NCBI GenBank assembly: GCA_049646645.1
Contig: JBARWF010000134.1
Coordinates: forward strand, 2,309-66,308
Direction of reading: 5' to 3'
Origin: Thermomicrobiales bacterium
GTDB taxonomy: Bacteria; Chloroflexota; Chloroflexia; Thermomicrobiales; UBA6265
Length of the DNA stretch: 64,000 nucleotides
Below are positions 51,554 to 60,847 of this stretch, piece by piece (within the stretch, counting starts at the first letter, position 1; each line of letters starts with the position of its first letter). The notes under the pieces are model-generated. The model was given only the letters and a program-made list of their open reading frames with translations, had not been told where the DNA came from and did no database searches. A program made the translations under genes and the position numbers.

Positions 51554-51600
51554 TGAGGACCGGCACCAGGGAGCAAACGCCACCCCGGTGCCGGTCCTCA
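51554..51600 (-). terminator. Perfect 14-bp stem-loop downstream of the sugar ABC operon
   Basis: The stem tgaggaccggcacc (51554-51567) / ggtgccggtcctca (51587-51600) has a 19-nt loop. It lies 25 nt after the permease stop. No U-tract is present. Confidence 0.4.
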
Positions 51601-51624
51601 CCAGCATGCACTGCCGTCATCGCG

Positions 51625-52554
51625 CTAGCGCTTGATGCCCGTCATCGTGATGCCCTCGATGAAGTACCGCTGGAAGGCGAAGAACACGATCCCGACCGGC
51701 AGCATCACGACAAAACTGGCCGCCATCATCCAGTCCCAGCGCGGCAGGCCGCCCGCGGCCTGCTGGAACGTCGTCAGGCCGAGTTGGAGCGTGTATTTGT
51801 TCTCGGTGCTGAGGTAGATCAGGGGGTTCAGGTAGTCGCCCCAGGCGCCGTTGAAGGCGAAGATCGTGACAGCAGCCAGTGCCGGTCGCGACAGGGGCAT
51901 CACGATTTGCCACCAGATGCGCAGTTCACTGGCCCCATCGATCTTGGCCGCCTCGGAGAGATCCATCGGGATCGTGCGGAAGAACTGGCGGAGCAGGAAG
52001 ACGAAAAAGGCGTTGGTGCTGAGCCATGCCGGGACGATCAGCGGCCGGAAGGTGTTGACCCAACCGATCTTTGCAAACAGGATGTATTGCGGAATCAGCA
52101 GCACGACCCCCGGCAGCATCATCGTTCCCAGGATCAGGATGAACCACAGGTCCCGGCCCGGCCAGCGCAGGCGCGCGAACGAGTACGCCACCAGCGAGCA
52201 ACTGAGCACCGTCCCCAGCGTGGACATGACCGTGATGATCAGGGTGTTCCGGAAATAGATATCGAACGGCGCGCTGGTGAGCGCGTCCTTGTAGTTGCTC
52301 CAGACAATCGGATTCGGGATCCAGTTCAGCTCGAAGACCTGCGTCGCCGGTTTCAGCGAGGTCGCCAGCATCCAGGCGAGCGGCGCAAGAAACAGGAACG
52401 CGACGAGCGCCAGGAGGAGAAACGTGACGACCCTCCCTGCCAGTTCGCGCATGCGCTTGCTTCGATACCAGGGAATCGATCGCGTTGGTGCTGTGCTGGC
52501 GTGTTCTTGGGCGGTAACTCCCATGATCGCTCCATCTCTCTCGTTACGTTGCAT
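51625..52554 (-). CDS. Carbohydrate ABC transporter permease (MalG-like)
   Basis: It has 6 TM segments and an EAA-type loop (DLSEAAKIDGASELRIWWQIVMP). Confidence 0.85.
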   Translation of the reverse strand: MQRNERDGAIMGVTAQEHASTAPTRSIPWYRSKRMRELAGRVVTFLLLALVAFLFLAPLAWMLATSLKPATQVFELNWIPNPIVWSNYKDALTSAPFDIYFRNTLIITVMSTLGTVLSCSLVAYSFARLRWPGRDLWFILILGTMMLPGVVLLIPQYILFAKIGWVNTFRPLIVPAWLSTNAFFVFLLRQFFRTIPMDLSEAAKIDGASELRIWWQIVMPLSRPALAAVTIFAFNGAWGDYLNPLIYLSTENKYTLQLGLTTFQQAAGGLPRWDWMMAASFVVMLPVGIVFFAFQRYFIEGITMTGIKR

Positions 52555-52586
52555 ATCCGGTCACGATCAGTCGCATCGCGGCCACG

Positions 52587-53534
52587 TCACGTCTCGTAGT
52601 AGACCCATCGCTTGCTGAGCCAGAGCTGGATACCGGTAATGGACATGATGATCACGAAGAGAATCCACGCCAATGCCGAGGCAAAGCCCATCTGCAGGTC
52701 GCGGAAGGCCCGGAGATAGAGATAGACCTCGTAGAAGAGCAGCGATTGTGCCGGTGCTCCGGGTGTGCGGCTGCCGACGGTCGTGCTGATGACGTAAGCG
52801 CTGTTGAAGACCTGGAACGCGAAGATGATCTCCGTGACCACGAGGAAGAAGAGCGTCGGCGAGAGCATCGGAATCGTGATCTTCCAGAACTTGTTCCAGG
52901 GTCCAGCACCGTCGATGGAGGCGGCCTCGTAGAGATCGCGCGGGATGCCGTTGAGCCCGGCCAGCAGGATCAGGATCGGCGTGCCGATCGTCCACAACTG
53001 CATCACCACGAGCCCTGGCTTCGTCCACTGCGGATCGAAGAACCAGTTCGGGCCAGTGATGCCGATGGCATTGAGCCCGCTGTTGAGGAGCCCGGTGGGA
53101 CTCAGCACCCAGATAAAGAGGAAGATCGAGGAAACGCCGGTCAGCACGGTGGGCAGGTAGTAGATCGTGCGAAAGACGCTGCGTCCGGGCACGTTGACCC
53201 GCATCAGGAGGGCGAGCAACAGCGAGACGATGATGATGATGGGTGTCTTGAGAATGACGTAGTAGAAGGTATTGCCAAGCGACGTGCGGAAGCGATCGTC
53301 CTGGGTGAGGATATAGGAATAGTTATCGAGGCCAATCCACTTCGGGGAGCTGGTGATGTTGTAATCGGAGAAGCTGGCATAGAGTGAGAAGAGCATCGGG
53401 CCGAGTGTCAGCACGAAGAAGCCGAAGATGAAGGGCGCGGCGAAGAGATACCCCGTCAGTGCTTCGCGCCGTTTTGGTGTCAGGAATGGCTTGGGCTGTT
53501 CCTGGACATCGGTTGCCGCAGCCATGTCCGCCAT
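52587..53534 (-). CDS. Carbohydrate ABC transporter permease (MalF-like)
   Basis: It has 6 TM segments and an EAA loop (DLYEAASIDGAGPWNKFWKITIP). The start was re-picked at MADMAAA. Confidence 0.85.
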   Translation of the reverse strand: MADMAAATDVQEQPKPFLTPKRREALTGYLFAAPFIFGFFVLTLGPMLFSLYASFSDYNITSSPKWIGLDNYSYILTQDDRFRTSLGNTFYYVILKTPIIIIVSLLLALLMRVNVPGRSVFRTIYYLPTVLTGVSSIFLFIWVLSPTGLLNSGLNAIGITGPNWFFDPQWTKPGLVVMQLWTIGTPILILLAGLNGIPRDLYEAASIDGAGPWNKFWKITIPMLSPTLFFLVVTEIIFAFQVFNSAYVISTTVGSRTPGAPAQSLLFYEVYLYLRAFRDLQMGFASALAWILFVIIMSITGIQLWLSKRWVYYET

Positions 53535-53687
53535 CGGGTTGCCTCCGCGTTGTCGTTGTGGGTGTGGATGCGCACCCCCACTCGCCAGGGGCGGCCGTAC
53601 GGCGGCGGGCGAGCGGGGGTGCATCGCGCGAGTGGCGAATGGAGCGGCCCCATGCGGGTCGCTCCATTCGTGTGTCCGGGAGGGTGA

Positions 53688-55130
53688 CTATCCCTCTCCG
53701 CGGACGCGGTCGATCTCCTTCTGCGCCTTCTGCTGGGCGTCCTTCAAGGCATCCTCCGCGGAGGCATCGCCGGAGAGCACGGCAAGCTCGGCGTTGGGCA
53801 GCAGGTCGCCAGTGAAGTTCGGATAGTACGGGTTGTATTCCTTCGGTCGGCCATACGCCATCGCCTGGAGGAAGAACTCCCAGTTCGGCGAGACCGCCAG
53901 CACCGGATCGTAGGCCAGCGCCTCGACCGTCGGCATGGCGTAGGTGTCCCGTGCCCAACTCCCCTGGCCGACGAAGGTCATGAACTTGATGAACTCCCAG
54001 GAGGCGTCGACCTGATCCGAGCCGACCGGGATCGAGAGGGCGAAGCCGCCGGAGAGCGAGGCTGGTTCATGCCCCGGTGCCGGGGTGATCGGCGCGACGC
54101 CGTAGCCCAGATTCTCGTCCTTGTCGGGCAGCGTGAACTTGGGATTGAAGAAGTTCAGCTGGGACGTGTAGCCCTGGATGTCGACAGTCATGGCGACCTT
54201 GCCCGACATGAAGCCATCTTGCGTGCCGGAACCAAAGGTCGATTGCAGCGCCTGGACGTTGGGGAAGCCGTATCGGTCGGCCCAGGTCTTCTCCCACTTC
54301 AGGGCGTCGACGTTGGCCGGCAGGGTGAAGGTGGCGTTGTAGTCCTTGTCCTCCCAGTGCCCGCCGTTGTTCCAGGCCCACTGGTCGATGCCGACATTGC
54401 CGAAGGTGGGGAAGAAGCCAATGCGCTTGAGCTGGTTGCCGTCCTTCTGGTCCAGCTTGTCGGAGAAGGACGCCAGATCGTCCCAGTTCTTCGGCGGGGT
54501 GTTGGGATCGAGCCCGGCTTCAGTGAAGGCGGCCTTGTTGTAGTAGACGACGCGGATATCGGTCTCGTAGGGCAGGCCGTACGGCGTGTTGTTGTAGCGC
54601 GTTGCCTCGACCCAGGTGAACGGCCAGAACGCATCGCCGGTGATGCCATCGCGCGTGCAGAGGTCGCCGAGATCCATCTCGACGTTGTTCTTCGCCCGCT
54701 CGGGCAGCGACGGTCGGTCTTCCACGATCACATTCGGCATGCCGGAACCGGCGGCGACCGCCGCCAGGTTCTTGTTCCAGATATCTGAGAACGGGATCGC
54801 GGTCTCCGTCACCTTGATGTTCGGGTAGACCTGGTTGAATTGCGCGATGATCCGCTGCACGGCGCTTCGCCGCACCGGAGATCCCCAGAAATGCCAGAAC
54901 TGGATATCGCCCGAGATGCTCGTATCGGTCTTGTACTTCGGGATGGGAACCGGAGAGGCCATGGGCGATGCCGCCGGTGTCGCCCCTTGGGCGAACGCGC
55001 TGCCACCGAGGGCGCGCGCGCCGACCGCCGCGGCCGCCAGGCCACCGCCCAGTTTCAACAACCTCCGGCGATCAAGTGCCCCATTCCGGACGCTGGTGCC
55101 GGGCAGGAGAAACCTGGAGTCGTCCTTCAT
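53688..55130 (-). CDS. ABC transporter extracellular solute-binding protein (family 1), Tat signal
   Basis: It has a twin-arginine leader (DRRRLLKLGGGLAAAAVGARALGGSAFA) and the size and composition of a family 1 sugar-binding protein. Confidence 0.85.
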   Translation of the reverse strand: MKDDSRFLLPGTSVRNGALDRRRLLKLGGGLAAAAVGARALGGSAFAQGATPAASPMASPVPIPKYKTDTSISGDIQFWHFWGSPVRRSAVQRIIAQFNQVYPNIKVTETAIPFSDIWNKNLAAVAAGSGMPNVIVEDRPSLPERAKNNVEMDLGDLCTRDGITGDAFWPFTWVEATRYNNTPYGLPYETDIRVVYYNKAAFTEAGLDPNTPPKNWDDLASFSDKLDQKDGNQLKRIGFFPTFGNVGIDQWAWNNGGHWEDKDYNATFTLPANVDALKWEKTWADRYGFPNVQALQSTFGSGTQDGFMSGKVAMTVDIQGYTSQLNFFNPKFTLPDKDENLGYGVAPITPAPGHEPASLSGGFALSIPVGSDQVDASWEFIKFMTFVGQGSWARDTYAMPTVEALAYDPVLAVSPNWEFFLQAMAYGRPKEYNPYYPNFTGDLLPNAELAVLSGDASAEDALKDAQQKAQKEIDRVRGEG

Positions 55131-55526
55131 CGATCCGTCCTTTACTGCTACGCCGGTGCCCGTGGGAACTCCACGGCTCTCCGGCACATGCGACCGAAAG
55201 TAAGACCCGGAATGCCGATGACAACGCGACCTGACGCGTTGAAGGCCGAAGGAACGTATGAAACCGATAAGCTGATCGGATCGATCCTAGCAGCGGGTCA
55301 TTCGCCTCGTCAAGCGTTGCCAGCGCACCCCTGGCGGCATCTCGTCTCAATGACTGGATGATGCATGCCGGTACGGCGATCTTTATGCAAGATCGGTTCC
55401 ATGGCGCGCTTCCCCGCCGGCAAATCCGAACATGTGGGGAGACGGGGGGCTGCTTTTCGGGCGAATGCTATACTTGGCCGTTACCAGGGTGGTCGTAATG
55501 CCGCGTTAATGGGAGTACAGCGACAT

Positions 55527-56273
55527 ATGTCAGGACACTCAAAATGGTCCACGATCAAGCGCCAGAAGGGTGCAAATGACGCCAAGCGCGGGCAGCTCTT
55601 CACCAAGCTCGCACGCGAGATCACGGTTGCGGCGCGCAGTGGGTCGCCCGATCCCGAGGCGAACTTCCGGCTGCGCATCGCGGTCCAGAAGGCGCGCAAG
55701 GAGAACATGCCGAAGGACAATATCGACCGCGCCATCGCGCGGGCGACGGGGTCCGAGGGTGGCAACCAGTTCGAAGAGATCTACTACGAGGGGTATGGTC
55801 CCGGCGGCACCGCGATCATGGTGCTGACGATGACGGACAACCGGAACCGGACCGTCGGCGAGCTTCGCGCGGTGCTCACCCGCTCCGGAGGGACCCTGGG
55901 TGAGAACGGCAGCGTGAGCTGGATGTTCGATCAGACGGGGCAGATCTCACTGCCGGTCAATGGCACCGATCCCGAGGAGCTCGAGCTGATGGCGATCGAC
56001 GCCGGCGCCAGCGATGTCCAGACCGAGGACGGCATCGTGGAGGTCTACACCGAGCCGTCCGACCTGCACCGCGTGCAGGAGGCGCTGATCGCCGGTGGGT
56101 ACGAGCCGGAATCCGCCGAGCTCATCATGCGGCCCAAGGATCCCATCACGCCGGATATCGATGCCGCGGTGAAGGCGCTCCGGCTGCTTGAGAAGCTCGA
56201 GGATCTGGATGACGTCCAGACCGTCTACACGAACCTCAACATCTCCGATGACATCCTCGCCGCAGCCTCCTAG
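55527..56273 (+). CDS. yebC: YebC/PmpR-family transcriptional regulator
   Basis: The sequence MSGHSKWSTIKRQKGANDAKRGQLFTKL is a canonical N-terminus for this family. The start was re-picked. Confidence 0.9.
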   Translation: MSGHSKWSTIKRQKGANDAKRGQLFTKLAREITVAARSGSPDPEANFRLRIAVQKARKENMPKDNIDRAIARATGSEGGNQFEEIYYEGYGPGGTAIMVLTMTDNRNRTVGELRAVLTRSGGTLGENGSVSWMFDQTGQISLPVNGTDPEELELMAIDAGASDVQTEDGIVEVYTEPSDLHRVQEALIAGGYEPESAELIMRPKDPITPDIDAAVKALRLLEKLEDLDDVQTVYTNLNISDDILAAAS

Positions 56274-56316
56274 CGATGCCGCTATCTCAGCTTGAGTGCA
56301 TGACAGGGAGTTTCCG

Positions 56317-56826
56317 GTGCCGGATCAACGACCGATAACGCTCGGCATCGACCCCGGCACCGCCATCCTTGGCTATGGCGTGATTGTCGGCGATTCCCAA
56401 CCGGAGCTCGTCGATGTCGGCGTGCTCGAAACAGTCCCGACCATGCCGATGCCCGAACGCCTGCAGCACCTTTATGAAGGGTTGCAGGCGTTGTTCGCGA
56501 CGCATCGGCCCGATGCGCTGGCGATCGAGCAGCTCTTCTTCTCGCGTAACGTCACGACGGCGATCGCTGTCGGCCAGGCGCGGGGCGTCGCCCTGCTCGC
56601 GGCGGCCCAGGCCGGCGTGCCCGTATCGGAGTACAGTCCCTCCGAGGTCAAGCACGCGGTGGTTGGCTATGGCAAGGCGGACAAGCGCCAGATTCAGGAG
56701 ATGGTGCGATTGATCCTCAATCTCCGCGCGGCGCCCCAACCGGATGATGCCGCCGATGCGGTCGCTGTCGCCCTCTGCCATGTGCAGACCGTCCCCTTCG
56801 CCCAGCGCGTGGCGCGGTCGCGATAA
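56317..56826 (+). CDS. ruvC: Crossover junction endodeoxyribonuclease RuvC
   Basis: The motifs [14 protein letters not shown] and [13 protein letters not shown] are present. The start is taken as GTG at 56317, preceded by AGGGAG. The ORF track starts at 56296. Confidence 0.88.
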   Translation: MPDQRPITLGIDPGTAILGYGVIVGDSQPELVDVGVLETVPTMPMPERLQHLYEGLQALFATHRPDALAIEQLFFSRNVTTAIAVGQARGVALLAAAQAGVPVSEYSPSEVKHAVVGYGKADKRQIQEMVRLILNLRAAPQPDDAADAVAVALCHVQTVPFAQRVARSR

Positions 56827-57647
56827 TGCCAGCCTCGATTCGCCTCGATCAGGCGATGGTTGAACGCGGTCTCGTCGATACCCGCTCCCGCGCCAAATCC
56901 TTCATCATGGCGGGCGATATCCTCGTCAATGGAACGAAGGAGACGAGGGCGGGTCGTAACATCGCCGCGAGCGACGAGATCACCTTCCGCAGCAAGCCGC
57001 GGTTCGTCAGTCGTGGCGGCGAGAAGCTGGATCACGCCCTGACCTCCTTCGATATCGACGTCGCCGGCCTGGTCGCGGCCGATCTTGGCGCCAGCACCGG
57101 CGGCTTTACCGACTGCCTGGTTCAGCGCGATATCCGCCGCGTCTACGCCGTCGATGTCGGGTATGGCCAGATCGATGAGAAATTGCGACTCGACGACCGC
57201 GTGATCGTGATGGAGCGGGAGAACGCGCGTTACGTCGAATCGTTACCGGAGCCGATCGATATCACCGTGATCGACGTCTCGTTCATCTCGCTCGCGCTCA
57301 TGTTTCCCGTCGTGGCGAAGGTCTCGCGACCGGGCGCGCTGTGCGTGCCGCTCATCAAGCCGCAGTTCGAGGCCGGGCGCAAGGAGGTCGGCAAGGGCGG
57401 TGTCGTGCGCGATCCCGCCACCCATCGTCGCGTGCTGGAGCAGACGCTTGACGCCGCAATCGCATGCGGGCTGACTCCCCACGGCGTTGTCGCCTCGCCC
57501 CTGCGCGGCCCGGCCGGCAACATCGAGTTCCTGGCCCATCTCGTCCTGGAGTCATCTCCGCCGGAGGGCATCGACCTTGCCTCGATGATCGATCAGGCTA
57601 TGACCGAGGCGCACACGTTGCGCGCCGAAAGCGAGCCGGCATCATGA
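56826..57647 (+). CDS. tlyA: TlyA-family rRNA 2'-O-ribose methyltransferase
   Basis: It has an S4 domain, the motif FVSRGGEKLDHAL and the SAM motif DLGASTGGFTDCL. The ATG overlaps the ruvC stop by 1 nt. Confidence 0.85.
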   Translation: MPASIRLDQAMVERGLVDTRSRAKSFIMAGDILVNGTKETRAGRNIAASDEITFRSKPRFVSRGGEKLDHALTSFDIDVAGLVAADLGASTGGFTDCLVQRDIRRVYAVDVGYGQIDEKLRLDDRVIVMERENARYVESLPEPIDITVIDVSFISLALMFPVVAKVSRPGALCVPLIKPQFEAGRKEVGKGGVVRDPATHRRVLEQTLDAAIACGLTPHGVVASPLRGPAGNIEFLAHLVLESSPPEGIDLASMIDQAMTEAHTLRAESEPAS

Positions 57648-58387
57648 CCGATCCCTTCATTCAGCTCCAGAATGCGCTCAACCAGGCGGACAGCCAGGGC
57701 GGCGACGCGCCATTGCGTCTCGACCCCGAGCGGCGGGAACGGACCGGCATTCCCGAGGTCGTGCTCGCGCCGCGCAAGACGACGGCGGATGTCGCAACGT
57801 CGCTGATGCACCTTGCGGCGCGACAGGGGAGAGCGCTCGCCAGCCGCCTCCGCGACGACCAGATCGTCGACTTGCCGGGATTGATCGATGCCTCGTTCAC
57901 GCTCCAGATCGAGCCCGAGGCCCGCGTCGCCATCGTCGCGCGGGCCGGGTCCGGGATTCCGATGACCGGTGGATGCGTCGCCGTCATCAGCGCCGGTGCC
58001 TCCGACCGGCCGGTGGCGACCGAGGCTCTCATCATGGCGCGGGAGATGGGCTGCGCGGTGACCCTGGTGCAGGATGTCGGCGTGGCCGGGCTGCATCGAT
58101 TGATCGCGCCCCTGCGCGAGGTGCTCGCGACCGGGGTCGACGCGATTATTGTGGCGGCCGGGATGGACGGCGCGTTGCCCGCCGTGGTCGCGGGGCTCGT
58201 GCCTGTGCCCGTGATCGGTTTGCCGGTCAGCGTGGGCTACGGCTACGGCGGCGATGGCACCGGCGCGCTGATGTCGATGCTGCAATCGTGTTCGCCGGGC
58301 ATCGCGGTGGTCAACATCGACAACGGGATCGGCGCCGGCTCGTTGGCCGCGCTCATCGCCAACCGCGCCGCCGCAGCCAGGTCATAG
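57644..58387 (+). CDS. larB: Nickel-pincer cofactor biosynthesis protein LarB (PurE-like)
   Basis: PurE-fold motifs VAVISAGASDRPVA and AAGMDGALPAVVAGL...PVIGLPVSVGYG are present. The ATGA overlaps the tlyA stop. Confidence 0.8.
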   Translation: MTDPFIQLQNALNQADSQGGDAPLRLDPERRERTGIPEVVLAPRKTTADVATSLMHLAARQGRALASRLRDDQIVDLPGLIDASFTLQIEPEARVAIVARAGSGIPMTGGCVAVISAGASDRPVATEALIMAREMGCAVTLVQDVGVAGLHRLIAPLREVLATGVDAIIVAAGMDGALPAVVAGLVPVPVIGLPVSVGYGYGGDGTGALMSMLQSCSPGIAVVNIDNGIGAGSLAALIANRAAAARS

Positions 58388-58433
58388 CGTGTCTGAACTA
58401 AACATAACATACCCCTTGATCTGGTTCCCGTAC

Positions 58434-58480
58434 CCGTAGCGGTCGACCTCGTGTCGACCATCGGGCGAAGCCCGATATCC
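58434..58480. repeat. Family-B double-hairpin unit
   Basis: The unit reads ccgtagcg-gtcgac-ctcgt-gtcgac-c-atcgggc-gaa-gcccgat-atcc. Confidence 0.6.
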
Positions 58481-58518
58481 GGGGCTCCTACGGTCATGCG
58501 TTCCGGTCATCGGGGGAT

Positions 58519-58782
58519 ATGGCCCCTTCGGCTGCGCTCAGGGCAAGCTCTGTGGGCCATCGGTGCCGACGCAGCTGCTTGATGCGGCTGCGGACACGCC
58601 GTCGCACCCTGCGAACGGGTGAGCGCTCATCGTTTCCGCGAGGCGGTGGCTCCCGCCTGCGCGCGTCCGCCGCGCGGCGATCTTGGCGGCTATCCCGCGC
58701 CCCTCCGTCACCCCACATACCCGCCCCGTCGTTCCGCGCCCCTTTCCCCCTGTCATCCCGAGCGGTGTCGAGGGATGGCAGG
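58519..58782. repeat. Two solo family-A arm variants in a repeat-dense 510-nt spacer
   Basis: The sequence ggccccttcggctgcgctcagggc (58521-58544) is the reverse complement of an arm variant, gccctgagcgcagccgaaggggcc. A second arm, tgtcatcccgagcggtgtcgagggatgg, lies at 58751-58778. Confidence 0.45.
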
Positions 58783-58900
58783 GGGGAGAGCATGCGATGT
58801 CCCGGTTCGTTGGGGGCGACCTCTGTGTCCGCAGCGGCGTCGAACCCACCATCGCGTATCGGGACGAAACTTTGTCAGAACGGGGCGGCAGCAGGCGGAG

Positions 58901-59737
58901 TCAGCCGCGTGCGTATTCCCGGATGCGCCGCAGGTACAGATCGGGCGTCACCCCCACGATGTCGCGGAAGACGCGAATCAGATGCGCCTGGTCCGCGAAG
59001 CCGAGGTCGATTGCCGTGCTCGCCCAATCGAGCCGCATTCCCGCATTGCAATCCGCCACCAGCGACATGATCCGGCTGCGCTGGATCACCCATTTCGGCG
59101 TCGCACCCACGTAGTCGTTGAACCGGCGTTGCAGCGATCGTTCGCTCGTTCCCGCGATCGCCGCGAGCTGCCGGACCTGCGTGATCCCCCGGTCTTCGTC
59201 GGCGCGCTGCACCAGGTCGTGGCACCACGTCGCGAGCGGATCGATCGTCGGCTGCTGGGCGACGAGCAGCGATTCCGCGAACGACACGAGTTCGGCGTCT
59301 GTGGGGGCGCTGAACGCGGGCGGCGTGAACGGCTCCCGGAAGAGCGATGCGGCCGACACGACTCGGTCCTGAAGCGTGCTCAGCGGACACTCGACAAATG
59401 CGCGAAAGCCCGCTGGCCGGAAGGCGGTCCCGAGCACGACCCCCATGCCCGCCAGCTCCCGCTTGAACTGTTTGCGATCGATGCCGTAGACCAGCACCCG
59501 ATCGCCCTCGATGGTGAGATGGATGCGCGGTTGCGGGATCGTTTGCGAAACTTGGGGTTCATTCACGTTCCAGCGCACGACCCAGAAATACTCGATGAAC
59601 GGCTTGAGTTCGGCGGTGGGTGCGTATGCCCGAATCGTTCGGTGGGTGTTGGATGCCTGTGGGTAGACCACCGTGCCCTGGCGGGGAGCCACCGGTTTCA
59701 GCATGGTGTCGCGTTTGTTCAAGACGGCTCCCGGCAT
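58901..59737 (-). CDS. AraC-family transcriptional regulator
   Basis: The C-terminal dual HTH reads AGTSERSLQRRFNDYVGATPKWVIQRSR...GFADQAHLIRVFRDIVGVTP. The start is uncertain (59704, 59737 or 59827). It is divergent from the VOC genes. Confidence 0.75.
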   Translation of the reverse strand: MPGAVLNKRDTMLKPVAPRQGTVVYPQASNTHRTIRAYAPTAELKPFIEYFWVVRWNVNEPQVSQTIPQPRIHLTIEGDRVLVYGIDRKQFKRELAGMGVVLGTAFRPAGFRAFVECPLSTLQDRVVSAASLFREPFTPPAFSAPTDAELVSFAESLLVAQQPTIDPLATWCHDLVQRADEDRGITQVRQLAAIAGTSERSLQRRFNDYVGATPKWVIQRSRIMSLVADCNAGMRLDWASTAIDLGFADQAHLIRVFRDIVGVTPDLYLRRIREYARG

Positions 59738-59814
59738 CTCTGCCACGATAGGGGACAGGATGATACACGTCCTGATTGTAGCGATCACGATTCCTAACCA
59801 ACAGGAGATCAGGC

Positions 59815-60186
59815 ATGTCGACGGCAACTTGGGCCGATATCGCGATCGATTGCCCGGATGCAGGGCAGCTCGCCCGCTTCTACCATGAGCTCACGGGGCT
59901 GCCCCTGCACGATTGGGGCGGCGGCTATTTCTCCGTCGGTGACGAAGGCGCCATTGCCCTCATCTTCCAGCAGGTCGAAGGGTACCAGCCGCCAAGCTGG
60001 CCGACGCAGGAACGCGGGCAGCAGATGCATCTCGACTTCCGGGTCGAGGACCTGAATGCGGCGGTCAAGGCCGCCGAAGCCCTCGGCGCAACCCAGGCAC
60101 CGGCACAGCCCGGCGAGACCTGGCGGGTCATGCTCGATCCCGCCGGGCATCCATTCTGCCTCGCCCAGAATTCGAACGGCGCGTAG
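59815..60186 (+). CDS. VOC/glyoxalase-like domain protein (paralog 1)
   Basis: It has the motifs IAIDCPD, PPSWPTQERGQQMHLDF and VMLDPAGHPFCL. Confidence 0.72.
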   Translation: MSTATWADIAIDCPDAGQLARFYHELTGLPLHDWGGGYFSVGDEGAIALIFQQVEGYQPPSWPTQERGQQMHLDFRVEDLNAAVKAAEALGATQAPAQPGETWRVMLDPAGHPFCLAQNSNGA

Positions 60187-60314
60187 GGCGCCGGAAACCG
60201 CGATCCGCAACGGAAACGCGGACAGGAAATGTCAGCGTAGCCTGGCAAGATGGAAACCGGACGGGACGATTCGTCTCGCCCGGTTTCACGTGTCAGCGCG
60301 AGAGAGGATGCACC

Positions 60315-60671
60315 ATGGCGAACGCCCGCGTAACCGGTATTGCCGTCGACTGCCCGGATCCGAAGGCCCTTTGTACGTTCTACAGCGCATTGCTGGGGAT
60401 AGAGCCGGCCGGTGACGATGCGGTCGTCATCGCGAAGGGCGATCAGGGCAACCTCGAACTGTGGTTCCAGCCGGTCGAGAACTATATGCCGCCGACGTGG
60501 CCGACGCAGGAGCGCGGGCAGCAATTGCACATGGACCTCGAGGTTGACGATCGGGAAGCGATGGTCGTCCGCGCGATCGAGCTCGGCGCGCGTCAGGTCG
60601 ATGTCGCCGAGCACTTCACGGTGATGCTGGACCCAGCCGGACACCCCTTCTGCCTCTGCGACCCACAGTAG
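60315..60671 (+). CDS. VOC/glyoxalase-like domain protein (paralog 2)
   Basis: It has the motifs IAVDCPD, PPTWPTQERGQQLHMDL and VMLDPAGHPFCL. Confidence 0.72.
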   Translation: MANARVTGIAVDCPDPKALCTFYSALLGIEPAGDDAVVIAKGDQGNLELWFQPVENYMPPTWPTQERGQQLHMDLEVDDREAMVVRAIELGARQVDVAEHFTVMLDPAGHPFCLCDPQ

Positions 60672-60847
60672 GGGCAGAAGGGCCATCCCACCCATGGGGG
60701 CTTGCATCACAGAGGGGGCGGCACTGTGCCGCCCCCTCCGGTTCGTTGACATCAGGCTTGGGCGATCGGCCAGATCACGATGTCCGGCCCTGTAATGACA
60801 AGCCATGGATAGGAGACCGATCGAAGGGCGCGATCAATGACGACGAT

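Noticed and set aside
48864-51624. Calling the lower-GC patch a genomic island or mobile element.
   Set aside because: No integrase, transposase, tRNA attachment site or flanking direct repeats are visible. It is reported only as a compositional anomaly.
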